Assembly: GCA_964016885.1 (NCBI GenBank)
Contig: OZ024740.1
Span: forward strand, 319,858,001 to 319,922,000
Source of the DNA: Eledone cirrhosa
Taxonomy: Eukaryota
Reading direction: 5' to 3'
DNA: 64,000 nucleotides
In this document: piece after piece, positions 27,548 through 40,621 of the stretch
Numbering within the stretch: the first letter of the stretch is position 1
Layout of the letters: every line of letters starts with the position of its first letter
Translations under genes and position numbers: made by a program
Notes under the pieces: generated by a model
Databases searched by the model: none
What the model was told of the DNA's origin: nothing
Seen by the model: the letters and a program-made list of their open reading frames with translations, nothing else

Positions 27548-28886
27548 AAAATGATGTGTGCATGTGCGCATGTGTGTAATTTGAATGAAAACTATCTGGT
27601 AGTTTTAATTTGTCATATTTATTTCTGTATTTATTTTTAACAATTTATTAATGTATTGACAATGATTATTATTAGTTAAAGTATTAAAACATTAAATGGC
27701 CGCCAGTAAAATATAATCTTTGATATAGAGAGAGACATTTAGTTTCAGTTTTATGTTATATGTGAAGCGATGACTTTAAGCTAAATAAACAATATTTTGT
27801 GGAAAAATGAAATAATAGTAGAAAACACGTTAAATAACGGCGTTGAACAACAACAACAAAACTGGATAATAACTGTAGCATCAAATCTTCCATGGTATAA
27901 CATGTCGGTACAGAAGATTTACAGACCGGATGCAGTACGTAAATAGATATTACTAAGGTAAAGACGGATATTGCCTCAAAGACATGTTTGATATGATTTA
28001 CTGAGGTACACACATACGTATTTACATACGTCTTCACACACACACACATATTTACATATGTCTTCACACACACACACACACAGACACACACACGTATTTA
28101 CATACGTCTTCACTCACACACACACACACACACACACATACAAACACTCAAACTCAAACAACACACATTTTTCTTTCTCTCTTTCTCCCTCTCTCTTTCT
28201 CCCCCCCTCTCTCTATCTCTCTCTCCCTCTTGCACACACACGCACGCACACACACATACACACACATACACACACATACGCACACACATTCTCTCTCTCG
28301 CTCGCTCACTCATACACATACACGCACTCTATCACTCTCTCTCTCCCTCTCTTTCTCTCGCTTTATCTCTTTCTCTCCTGATCCTTTTCTCTGTTTTATT
28401 CTCAATCTCTCCTTCACTCTCTCACACATGCACGCACATATACATATATAGTCACAAAAAAATCTGTCTGATACAATGCGCTGCCGTAAATCGAATTCAG
28501 GATCTTATCTTCACAAGCTGAACACCTTAACCACATTCACACGCCTCACACATATATCCACGTAAACACACACATTCTCATATCTATACATATGTATTAT
28601 GGAGCAGAGTGGAATAATGGATTATGTAAGAATGCAGATTTCATAGGCCGTTTAAGTAACATATTGAAACATTTGTAAGTCTTTCCAGAATTCAATAAAT
28701 GAATCATTGAATATCAGCAAATGCCTTGTTTTCCTGTGAACTTGTATATAGCTTGAAGCTAAATCCTATTTCTATTCTATTATAAGTTGAGCCAATGCAA
28801 ATGAGATTAATCACCTCATTTACACAGACGAGAAAAGTATATATTCTCGACTGTTCTCAAGTCCAGCAGTTGCAGGTGTGGGAGGG

Positions 28887-28930
28887 ACCGTCCTGATGAA
28901 AGCCAGCCAAGACGGAAATGCATAGACGGT
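28887..28930 (+). ncRNA. Minimal type I hammerhead
   Basis: accgtc-CTGATGA-(weak stem II)-GAAA-tgc-ATA-gacggt; perfect 6-bp stem I; ATGCAT palindrome. Confidence 0.65.
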
Positions 28931-29179
28931 TGTCCCCCTTGCTTCTGCTGGACACCACCAGAGGACGTTAGCCCCGGTGTTTGCATAGCTACGGCTTACT
29001 AAATGTTTTACCCTGTAAACATACCGTGTTTCTTTAGAAATACGAAATTTCTCTCTCCCTCCCTCCCTCTCTCCACTCTCTCTCTCTTTCTCTTTCTCTC
29101 TTCCTGTTATATCAAGCGTTAACCTAATATATCCCTTCCATATACTGTATCGATTGTGTTGTTATTTCTGTTTACCTTT

Positions 29180-29229
<50 letters not shown>

Positions 29230-29412
29230 AAAAACTATGACCCCGACGACAGAGCTCAAGCCGTTTCGACGGCTATTTCTGGAAATAGTTGTCGAAACGG
29301 CTTGAGCTCTGCCGTCGGGGTCATACTTTTTCCTATTACCCACTCTACTACGCTAAGTATTGAGTACTCTGGTGCGTTATGGTCCATCTGGTTCCTTACC
29401 ACAACTCCTTCG

Positions 29413-29449
<37 letters not shown>

Positions 29450-29451
29450 TA

Positions 29452-29700
29452 TCTGTCCTTAGGGCATCAACATATGTTAACCTTGGTCTTCCTCTTCTAG
29501 TGTGTCCATGTAGGGGCTCCCAAAGGAGCACTGAGTGCAATGTCAACTCTGGATGTCGGTAAGCATGTCCAGCCAACCTCAGTCTCCTCTGTGTCACTGG
29601 TCTGTTGGAGATGCAGGATATGGCAGCGATAATGAGGGACAGAGACCGCTGGAGAGAACTCGTCCATGGATCTCGGGAATTTTACCCGCCTTAGATAGAT
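29452..29700. mobile_element. RTE 3' end with 5' inversion
   Basis: RRLRLAGHAYRHPELTL...DALRTDT on minus (29452-29597) joined to TGLLEMQD...EFYPP on plus. Confidence 0.85.
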
Positions 29701-30378
29701 ATAAGTATGTATACGTACATACATATATGTATACAGACGTACAGTAGTATGTATATATATATACATACATGCACACATATATATATATGTACGTGTGGAT
29801 TCACCGAACATTTATTATAATGTCGGTGTGTTTGTAAACAAACATCCCGAATTAAGCGGTACAGTGTCTAGCAACCATCGTTGCTCATTTGTTCAACCCT
29901 GACAAAGGAACGCTGTACTATTTTCAAGCTTATTAGAAATTTCGTTTCATTTTTTCCGTTTATCGTTTTCGGTACCCCGGCCGATTAACTCACTCGATAT
30001 GCAAATTAGGCTGCTCAGCCGTTAATATACATAAGGAAAGTATATACCTTCAGACGTTCAATCATCTGACAGGAAGGTATACGTTGCTAATAAGCTTGAA
30101 ACTAGTACAGCAATGTTGAACAAATGAGCAACGATGTTTGCTAGACACTGTACGGCTTAATTCGGGATGTTTGTTTACAAACACACCGAGCATTATAATA
30201 AATGTTCGGTGAATCCATACGTACATATATATATGTGTGCATGTATGTATATATATATATATATATACATACTACTGTACGTCTGTATACATATATGTAT
30301 GTACGTATACATACTTATATTTAAGTAACAGCCGTACTGAGAGTGAGAAATGAAATTTCGTTTCATTTTTTCCGTTTA
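29701..30378. mobile_element. Fold-back copy of the 35.7-kb HHR repeat family (HHR core deleted)
   Basis: Minus partial copy 29701-29936, then a plus copy 29937-30378 with a terminal direct repeat. Confidence 0.85.
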
Positions 30379-31586
30379 TATATATATATATATACAGATA
30401 TATTATATAATTATATATATATAATTGGCAGTAGCACTGAGACAGTGATAAGTATATTAGAGGTATATAGGAAAACATATAAACGTCTAAATACGATAAA
30501 ATAACATGAGTAGTCACGCTATCAAAAACTATTTTTTAAATAACGAGATTTGTTGGGTTTTTTTCTGTTTTCCTCTGTGAATATATCACAGATTTGCCAG
30601 TACGGTCAAGAATGTCATAGAATGCTGTTTCAAGATGTGTTAATCTTTCATCAGTGACAGTCTTTCAACTCGTACTGCCATGGAAATAGATTAGAGTCTA
30701 CATAGAATTATGCGTGATGAACATTTGCTAATGATAGTCATTTGCATATAGCAAATATCTTTATATATGCTTTTATATACACTCTTATATATATAGAGAG
30801 AGACATGGTGGCTGGATATCTAGACAGATAGACAGACATATGCATAGATCTGTGCGCATACACACTTACATGCATGCACACATGCACACATGCATACATA
30901 CATACATACATATAGCGGCTGCCAACTCGTTTTCGAGTACGGCCACTACTTTATATCCATGTAGGAGAACCCCTACAGATGCGCTGAACGAGTGTGACTT
31001 TTTAGTCCAGCCAGCGACTTGAAAACTCTGGTACAAACACTACACTTGTGACAATTATTGACACATAATGCTGGGCCCATGGTACCATGTGACGACAAGT
31101 GCAGAGAGATCTCCAGATATAAAGCAATGCTTGTGCCGTGAAGCTTTTATAGTGAGCAAAGGCACTGCACAAAGCCAGTCCCACTCTCTTAACCAAGATG
31201 TTATTTACCAAAAAGAAGAACAAGTCAACATCATTGGATACCATCAGGGTTGCAGGTGTTATATCAGAGTTTTCCTTCTCCTAGAATTCTACCTTGACAA
31301 ATGCTAAGGGGTCATCTCTCCCGGTGATTTTGGATACATACATATATATATATACATACATACACACATACATGCATAGCCACACACACACACATTAATA
31401 CATAGATACATATATACATACATACATGCATACATACTTACATACATACATTTAGCATATAATAACTGCATATACAGACGTATACATGTCGAAACATTCA
31501 TATGTGCACATACAACTCGAAATATTCAGATCCACACATGCAATAACATCCATACCTGCACTCAAACACACACACAAACACACACA

Positions 31587-31660
<74 letters not shown>

Positions 31661-32461
31661 TACACACATACACACAAACATACATACACACATACACACA
31701 AACATACATACATAATTACGTAGTTGATGTCTAAATTCCGATGAAAGAATCTTGTTTCCGTTATTAAAGTCTCTTTTCCTTCTCTCTTATTCTTTCTTAC
31801 TCTTTCTTTCTCTATCTTTCTTTCTTTCCCCTTTTCCCTCTCTTTCTGTTGGTGAGAAATTATAAAAATAATAAAACCAATCATACATGCGATACAATAT
31901 GTATATACATTTTTATGCACCAATCGTCAATGTTATGCAGTATTTAAGCTATTGACGTGTTATGAATGCGAGTTGGCTCATATAAATATTTTTTTTACAC
32001 AGCTTGCACTATTAAGAATGGTATGGGCGTGATACGCTCTCCTAACCAGGCATATAGCGATATTTAAGAATTAATTAGACCCAGCAGCGTAGAGGTGGGT
32101 TCTTGGAGGTACAAGTCAAACATCTATTTTTGATTCTAGGCTGGAGCCATTTTTATTCACTTGCGTCACTGATATTTTTGTAGAGGATCAGTATGTAATG
32201 TTACACAATCTCGGTTTCCTGTTCTGAAAATATGAAACTTTTTTTTTTTGTTTATGTAAGCAATATGTAAAGAAAAGCTTCATCGAATATATAGGTCATC
32301 GTTATCCTAATTCACACTTCGTGGAGTTTGCACCGACATTTTCCGGCAAGTAATTTGTAATGTGTATTTCAGAAAAACACCATTTAATCTTATGTCGTTC
32401 TATATAGTTCTGTACTCTGTAATTCAGAGACACCCTATCTAATCCTACATGCTTTTATATT

Positions 32462-32803
32462 CGAGGTTCAACTGAAAAGTTTATAGGCTGATTATGAAGG
32501 AATAATGCTAGAGCTGTGAAATCTTGCATGCATTAATTTCAACTGTTCTTATTAATAAGTACATTGTTTCCTTCTAGGGACTATGTTGAAAAATAAACCT
32601 CATTTGGTTATACCATGAGAGCATCTTGGTCAGCTTATGAAGGAGTGATGCTAGGGCTGTGAAATCTTGCATGCATTAATTTCAACTCTACTTATTAATA
32701 ATTGCATTGTTTCCTTCTAGGGACTATGTTGAAAAATAAACCTCATTTGGTTATACCATGAGAGTATTTAGGTCAGCCTAAGAACCTTTCAGCCGACCCT
32801 CGT
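32462..32803. mobile_element. Mariner-type MITE (related fragments tandemly amplified at 49595-50090)
   Basis: Ends CGAGGTTCAACTGAAAAGTT..TAGGCTGA / TCAGCCTAAGAACCTTTCAGCCGACCCTCG-TA; internal duplication. Confidence 0.75.
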
Positions 32804-35141
32804 AGTTCCGTACTGTGTAATTCAAAGACAATACATATACCTATGTGTTGATATATAGTCGTAGTCGTGAACTTTGTATCTCAAGTAGATGCTAACTATT
32901 CGTATGTCTTTGTATAATCTTATGCTGGGTATTTCAGAATGGAATGGAATGAACCTCCGTCGGTTTAGATAATAAGATTTCCCATTGTACGATCAACGGA
33001 ATAGACTGACTACTCGTGAAATTAACGTGGAAGTTGTTTAGTATTCCACCAGCACGTGTACGCTAAACTTAATTCTCAGAAAGATTCAGTGTGGCACAGT
33101 GTGTGACAGTGTGTGACAAAGCTGGTCATTCAAATTACCCAGTACAGTCCATCAGACGAACTTCCAAACAGTTTCCATCTACCTAATTTCCCTTACAAGG
33201 CATGGGACGACCCGAGATAATGGTAAATGAGACTTGCCTATGATGTTACTCAGTGGAATCGAACACGGGACAATTTTATACTGTATATTTCAGAAATATT
33301 CTTTGTATTTCTATATGCTATTATACAGTATTGTACTGTATAGTACAAGGAAACCCGTAACGAGACGAACTTGTTTCAGCCATTGGAAAACGACCATCGC
33401 GAGGGAGCTACATTGTAGGCCCTGTTCGGTCACGAATGACCATGGTTTTTCACCGAGAAAGTTGCCATCCGAGGTACATGTCTGAGCAAGCTGTGTTTGT
33501 GGAAGACCAGCAGTAACCCATGCATACCAGTCTACCCTCTTCACACCACAGATGTTGTCCAAGGGAAAGGCAGACGCCGACACAGCTTGGTACCTGTGGC
33601 GTCGCAACTCATTTTTACAGCTGAGTGAACTGGAGCAACATGAAAAATAAAGTGTTTTGTTCAAGAACACAACGCACCGCTCGGTCTGAGAGTCGAATTC
33701 ACAACCTTATGATTGTGAGCTGAACACTCTAACCACTAAGTCACGTTCCTACTAGGCAGCAAATTGGGAGAATCGTTAGAGTATAGGACAAAATGTTTTG
33801 CAGTATTTATTTCAATTCTCTGCACTCTGAGTTCAAATCCAGCTGAGGTTAACTTTCTATTCGATAAAATAACGTACCCGTGAACTGGGGTGGATTTGCG
33901 GGATTATTAAAGAATGAGATGCCTTGTTATTGTAGCCTATTTGGATGATAAACTTAATCCGTTACCTAGTTTAACATCATAACCTCTCTCTTGGAGGGCC
34001 TTTAGCAGAGTCTAGTCTGTTGCAAGAAATAAGGATAGGTCCCCGGTTTAAGGATAACTCTCTCCCTCCCGTTCACCGAAAAGAGGCCATGAGCAGTGCC
34101 ATTCATTCCCTGGCTAAACAGTCGAAAGGGGTCTTTTACTTGACTATATTTTCCTAAGTACTTTATCTGGGATTGTTATAGCTTCCCTGTAACAAAGGAA
34201 GGTAATGTGGACTGGATGTAAGAGGACGTAACCCTGGCGAAACAAGTATATGATTGTATTTCTGTTCATTGCAAACCTGCAACCTCCCGTTGATATACAT
34301 ACAACTCAACAAGAGACTGACCTCGTAACAACATCGCGTGCTTAGAACGTTTTTGTATTTTTTTAGAACGGTTTTGTATTTCTTTTACAAGACTTCTAAT
34401 CTGAAAACGTGTGTTGAAACAGATATTGTTATACTTTGGGAGGGTCACAGCACACAAAAACAAGATGGTGTAGGACAGAACAAAGGAGAGACTGGGGTGT
34501 TCACGGAATGTGTGACAAAAGAGCTTTGACAACAAATAAACAACCATCTGGTTACTAAACCAACCAACTGAAAATTTGTAGTGAATTGAAGTGAAAACCA
34601 ACATGTGCATGTGTTTTTATTTGCAGTGTGACCCTTTAAGAAAAAGTAACAATATATTGTTTTAACTTATATCATGACTCTGTTTTCCTTTTAATGTTTT
34701 ATTGTTTTCCGGGATTTATTTTAACCTACAACATTATCAACATATGGATTACATTGAGTTCTTCAGGTAGACTGGACCCCACAGCTTACCGTGAATATCT
34801 GTGTGTGTATATACATATATATATATATATTAAAATAACAGATTAAAGTTTAAGCAAAGAATCGCTGCTTTCACCCTTAACGGGATCTTCTGAAACAAGT
34901 ATATGATTGTATTTCTGTTCAATGCAAAATTGCAGCCTCCCGTTGATATACATACAACTCAACAAGATCTTCAGAGTTTCAGAAGATCCTGTTAATGGTG
35001 AAAGCAGCGATTCTTTGCTTCAAATTTAATCTGTTATTTTAATAAATATTTGCTCTACGGTTCTTATATATCTGATATATATTTATCCTTATCGAGTCCT
35101 CTTTGGATTTTAGTTTTCAAATTTATTATTATTACTATATC

Positions 35142-35219
<78 letters not shown>

Positions 35220-35398
35220 TTTTATTTATGATGTGTGTGTGCGCGCGCGTGTGTGTGTGTTTATCCCGGGTTCAATCGGGGATAATCATTGTAAATAAGT
35301 AAGGTACTCAATACATAATCGAGTATATACATGATAATTTTCTTCGAATGAAACAGTTCTAGTCCTGTAAAACCCATTTCTATATTAAATTATTAAAT

Positions 35399-35463
<65 letters not shown>

Positions 35464-35987
35464 ATATATAATATATATATATATATTATAAATATATATT
35501 ATATATATATATATATATAATATATATCCCGTAAGGATGAAAGGCAAAGTTAACCTCGGAGTTCAAATCCCGCCGAGGTTAACTTTGCCTTTCATCCTTA
35601 CGGGGTCGATAAAATAAAGTACCAGTAATGCACTGGGTATTTGCTGGCCTTGTGCCAATAGTCGAAACAATTATATATATATATATATAAGTTGAAATAA
35701 AATGAAAACGAAATTTCATTTCTCACTCTTAGTATGGCACTTACTTAAATGTAAGTATGTATGTATACGTACATACACACATGTATACAGACGTACAGTA
35801 GCATGCATATATATATATATATATACATATATACATACAGGTACACATACATATATGCACGCATCAGTTTAGCGGACGCTTATTATAACGCCGCTTTGTT
35901 CGTTTGTAAACAAACTGAACAGCCTGAATTTATGCCATACGGTGTTAAGGCAACTACGTCACCTTTTTGTTCAACAATGACACAGGA

Positions 35988-36030
35988 ACGATGTACATGT
36001 TTCAAGCTTGTTAACTATCATCAGCACCGT
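35988..36030 (-). ncRNA. Minimal type I hammerhead (also 36461-36503, 36926-36968, 37445-37487, 37924-37966)
   Basis: acggtg-CTGATGA-t-ag(t/c)t(aaca)agct-t-GAAAC-(at/ta)-GTA-catcgt. Confidence 0.85.
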
Positions 36031-36266
36031 ATACCCATCTGCCAGATAGTTGAACGTTCGAAAGTATATACTTTCCTTATGAAAATTAACGGCTGAGCAG
36101 CCTAATTTGCATATTGAGTGAGTTAAATCGGTCAGGCATACCGAAAACGATAAGTTGAAATAAAATGAAAACGAAATTTCATTTCTCACTCTTAGTATGG
36201 CACTTACTTAAATGTAAGTATGTATGTATACGTACATAAATATATGTATACAGACGTACAGTAGCA

Positions 36267-36304
<38 letters not shown>

Positions 36305-36739
36305 TACATACAGGTACACATACATATATGCACGCATCAGTTTAGCGGACGCTTATTATAACGCCGCTTTGTTCGTTTGTAAACAAACTGAACAACCTGA
36401 ATTTATGCCATACGGTGTTAAGGCAACCACGTCACCTTTTTGTTCAACACTGACACAGGAACGATGTACTAGTTTCAAGCTTGTTAGCTATCATCAGCAC
36501 CGTATAACCATCTGCCATATAGTTGAACGTTCGAAAGTATATACTTTCCTTATGAAAATTAACGGCTGAGCAGCCTAATTTGCATATTGAGTGAGTTAAA
36601 TCGGTCAGGCATACCGAAAACGATAAGTTGAAATAAAATGAAAACGAAATTTCATTTCTCACTCTTAGTATGGCACTTACTTAAATGTAAGTATGTATGT
36701 ATACGTACATACACACATGTATACAGACGTACAGTAGCA

Positions 36740-36775
<36 letters not shown>

Positions 36776-37204
36776 CAGGTACACATACATATATGCACGC
36801 ATCAGTTTAGCGGACGCTTATTATAACGCCGCTTTGTTCGTTTGTAAACAAACTGAACAGCCTGAATTTATGCCATACGGTGTTAAGGCAACTACGTCAC
36901 CTTTTTGTTCAACACTGACACAGGAACGATGTACATGTTTCAAGCTTGTTAACTATCATCAGCACCGTATACCCATCTGCCAGATAGTTGAACGTTCGAA
37001 AGTATATACTTTCCTTATGAAAATTAACGGCTGAGCAGCCTAATTTGCATATTGAGTGAGTTAAATCGGTCAGGCATACCGAAAACGATAAGTTGAAATA
37101 AAATGAAAACGAAATTTCATTTCTCACTCTTAGTATGGCACTTACTTAAATGTAAGTATGTATGTATACGTACATAAATATATGTATACAGACGTACAGT
37201 AGCA

Positions 37205-37288
<84 letters not shown>

Positions 37289-37723
37289 TACATACAGGTA
37301 CACATACATATATGCACGCATCAGTTTAGCGGACGCTTATTATAACGCCGCTTTGTTCGTTTGTAAACAAACTGAACAACCTGAATTTATGCCATACGGT
37401 GTTAAGGCAACCACGTCACCTTTTTGTTCAACACTGACACAGGAACGATGTACTAGTTTCAAGCTTGTTAGCTATCATCAGCACCGTATAACCATCTGCC
37501 ATATAGTTGAACGTTCGAAAGTATATACTTTCCTTATGAAAATTAACGGCTGAGCAGCCTAATTTGCATATTGAGTGAGTTAAATCGGTCAGGCATACCG
37601 AAAACGATAAGTTGAAATAAAATGAAAACGAAATTTCATTTCTCACTCTTAGTATGGCACTTACTTAAATGTAAGTATGTATGTATACGTACATACACAC
37701 ATGTATACAGACGTACAGTAGCA

Positions 37724-37773
<50 letters not shown>

Positions 37774-38202
37774 CAGGTACACATACATATATGCACGCAT
37801 CAGTTTAGCGGACGCTTATTATAACGCCGCTTTGTTCGTTTGTAAACAAACTGAACAGCCTGAATTTATGCCATACGGTGTTAAGGCAACCACGTCACCT
37901 TTTTGTTCAACACTGACACAGGAACGATGTACATGTTTCAAGCTTGTTAACTATCATCAGCACCGTATACCCATCTGCCAGATAGTTGAACGTTCGAAAG
38001 TATATACTTTCCTTATGAAAATTAACGGCTGAGCAGCCTAATTTGCATATTGAGTGAGTTAAATCGGTCAGGCATACCGAAAACGATAAGTTGAAATAAA
38101 ATGAAAACGAAATTTCATTTCTCACTCTTAGTATGGCACTTACTTAAATGTAAGTATGTATGTATACGTACATACATATATGTATACAGACGTACAGTAG
38201 CA

Positions 38203-38256
<54 letters not shown>

Positions 38257-38396
38257 TATACATATATACATACAGGTACACATACATATATGCACGCATC
38301 AGTTTAGCGGACGCTTATTATAACGCCGCTTTGTTCGTTTGTAAACAAACTGAACAGCCTGAATTTATGCCATACGGTGTTAAGGCAGATGGGTAT

Positions 38397-38439
38397 ACGG
38401 TGCTGATGATAGCTAACAAGCTTGAAACATGTACATCGT
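38397..38439 (+). ncRNA. Minimal type I hammerhead in the inverted unit
   Basis: acggtgCTGATGAtagctaacaagcttGAAACatGTAcatcgt. Confidence 0.85.
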
Positions 38440-38678
38440 TCCTGTGTCAGTGTTGAACAAAAAGGTGACGTGGTTGCCTTAACACCGTATGGCATAAATT
38501 CAGTCTGTTCAGTTTGTTTACAAACGAACAAAGCGGCGTTATAATAAGCGTCCGCTAAACTGATGCGTGCATATATGTATGTGTACCTGTATGTATATAT
38601 GTATATATATATATATATATATGCATGCTACTGTACGTCTGTATACATGTGTGTATGTACGTATACATACATACTTAC

Positions 38679-38724
<46 letters not shown>

Positions 38725-38909
38725 GATATATTAACAAATGGAAACTATATTTATAAAACCATATTTATTTCATTATACATATTTCAAGGACACCAAGTTA
38801 AATTATGGTGTGCTTTCATCAGATAAAATATAATATAGATCAGTTTTATAAATAAATATTGACATACTCTTAAAGAATGCGACCATTTCTGTTGGAAGCT
38901 CCCGGATAG

Positions 38910-38963
<54 letters not shown>

Positions 38964-38968
38964 CTGTA

Positions 38969-39012
<44 letters not shown>

Positions 39013-39229
39013 TACAAATTCATACATACACGTATGGGGTGATGGTGATGATGGTTAAGAGTTACAAAAGTAATAAAAAGCTTTTAGACGTGTCCATCAT
39101 AAACTGTTTTTCATCATAGCCACCAGGCAGAGGAAGATGTTGTACTCTTCTCTGCCAAAAGTAGGTGTGGTGGTTCGATTTTCACTATCGACTTAGATGA
39201 TTGCTGTCGGATCTGTCTTATAGGTGAAA

Positions 39230-39750
39230 GCAGCTGCAGATTACAAACACTTAGAAACACTAATACAGACAGTTCACAGATTCGGTAGAGAAATTAACAT
39301 AAGATGCGATTTAGAAAAGTTGACTAAAACAATCTCTGAGAGAGAGAGGAACATTAATAAAAACAACTAATATATTGTTAGATAATAATGAAAAGAAAAA
39401 TGAGATAAAAATATAGACTAAACACCGACTTAGAAATACATTGGAATTAATAATAAATTACAACCCACACAAATGAAAGAAAAGGTTAGGAAAGAATATT
39501 ATACATACATTAGATTAATACTTAAAACAGAACTAAATGCCAAATATAATGTAGATATGTGTCAATACTCTAGCTGTGCCATTAATAATTTATAATTATA
39601 ATATTCTCAACTGAAAATTAAATGAATCAGTAAGACTAAACAGGAAAAGAAGAAAGATAATGACAATGTTTAGAATACACTGCAGAAAGCCGACGTACAA
39701 ATATTATATTTACCACGATTATAAGGAGTTTCTGCAACTGGAAATGTGTT
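39230..39750 (+). mobile_element. Decayed R4/Dong-clade LINE RT fragment
   Basis: MKEKVRKEYYTYIRLILKTELNAK..NTLAVP..RLNRKRRKIMTMFRIH..KADVQILYLPR. Confidence 0.75.
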
Positions 39751-40204
39751 CACTATTTTCTACTTTTGAAATATTAAAATATCTCATCATCCTATCTACC
39801 CCGTAAATCCCGATTAGTCGTAGGGGCACCGTATTGACATACGGTGTTTCCTGGGAATTTTAAACCTGGCGGAGCCCATCTCCTCTCCAGGCCTGAGTAC
39901 AGCAGATTTCTTCTAGAGAATAGAAAGTGAGAGAAAGAGGAAGTGGGGAAGAGATATAGAGAAAGAACCGACCCCAGTACTAGACTAGTACTTTTTATCG
40001 ACCTCAAACGGACGAAAGGCAAAGTTGACCTCAGTGGAATTTGACTCAGAGAGCAGAGAGGCGAAATGAATGCAACAAAGCATTCTATTCGATGTTCTAA
40101 CAACTCTTCCATTTAGCCGCCTTACTAATATGTAGTAATGAATAAAGGAAAACTGATACAAAAAAATACAAATAAATAAAAGGGTCTTTGGAGTAACATT
40201 ACTC

Positions 40205-40621
40205 AATAGAGTTAGTAGCTCGGAGATCAGAGAGTCACTCCAGGTAGAGCCACTACTTCTCCGAATTGAAAGATCACAGCTCCGATGCTATGGACATGTG
40301 GTTAGAATGTCTCAGGAAAGAATCGCTGGACAGATTTTACGGAAAAACCAACCGGCAAGAAACCCAGGGGTAGACCACAAGCAAGATGGTTGGATAACAT
40401 CCATGAGCTTGGTTGACTGGTCTCACTTGAGGATACCGCCAGATCAGTTGGAGATGGTTGCTTCTGATAGGACCTGTTGGAAGGAGTGGCTGAGCACTCT
40501 GTGGCCCCAACAACTACAACCTTCTCAAGAAGAAGAAGAAGAAGAAGAAGAAGAAGAAGAAGAAGAAGAAGAAGAAGAAGAAGAAGAAGAAGAAGAAGAA
40601 GAAGAAGAAGAAGAAGAAGAA
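40205..40621 (+). mobile_element. RTE LINE 3' fragment with (GAA)n tail
   Basis: SSEIRESLQVEPLLLRIERSQLRCYGHVVRMSQER; (GAA)n at about 40528-40621. Confidence 0.8.

Larger units (their letters stand above)
35688..38682 (-). repeat. Hammerhead-containing tandem array (about 5.6 units of 463-519 bp) plus an inverted partial unit of about 300 bp; non-LTR retrozyme-like
   Basis: Units start TAAGTTGAAATAAAATG at 35688, 36151, 36624, 37089, 37608 and 38087. Length varies only through an internal (TA)n. Inversion at about 38385. Confidence 0.93.

Noticed and set aside
34862-34897. CAGAAGA-ccc(gttaa)ggg-GAAA HHR-like motif in inverted arms
   Set aside because: Variant core, and no supportable stems I and III
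35761-38531. Repeated 66-72 aa ORFs (MFVCKQTEQ..., MRNEISFSF...)
   Set aside because: They recur only because the unit repeats, show no domain, and are disrupted in the diverged copies; the conserved feature is the RNA fold
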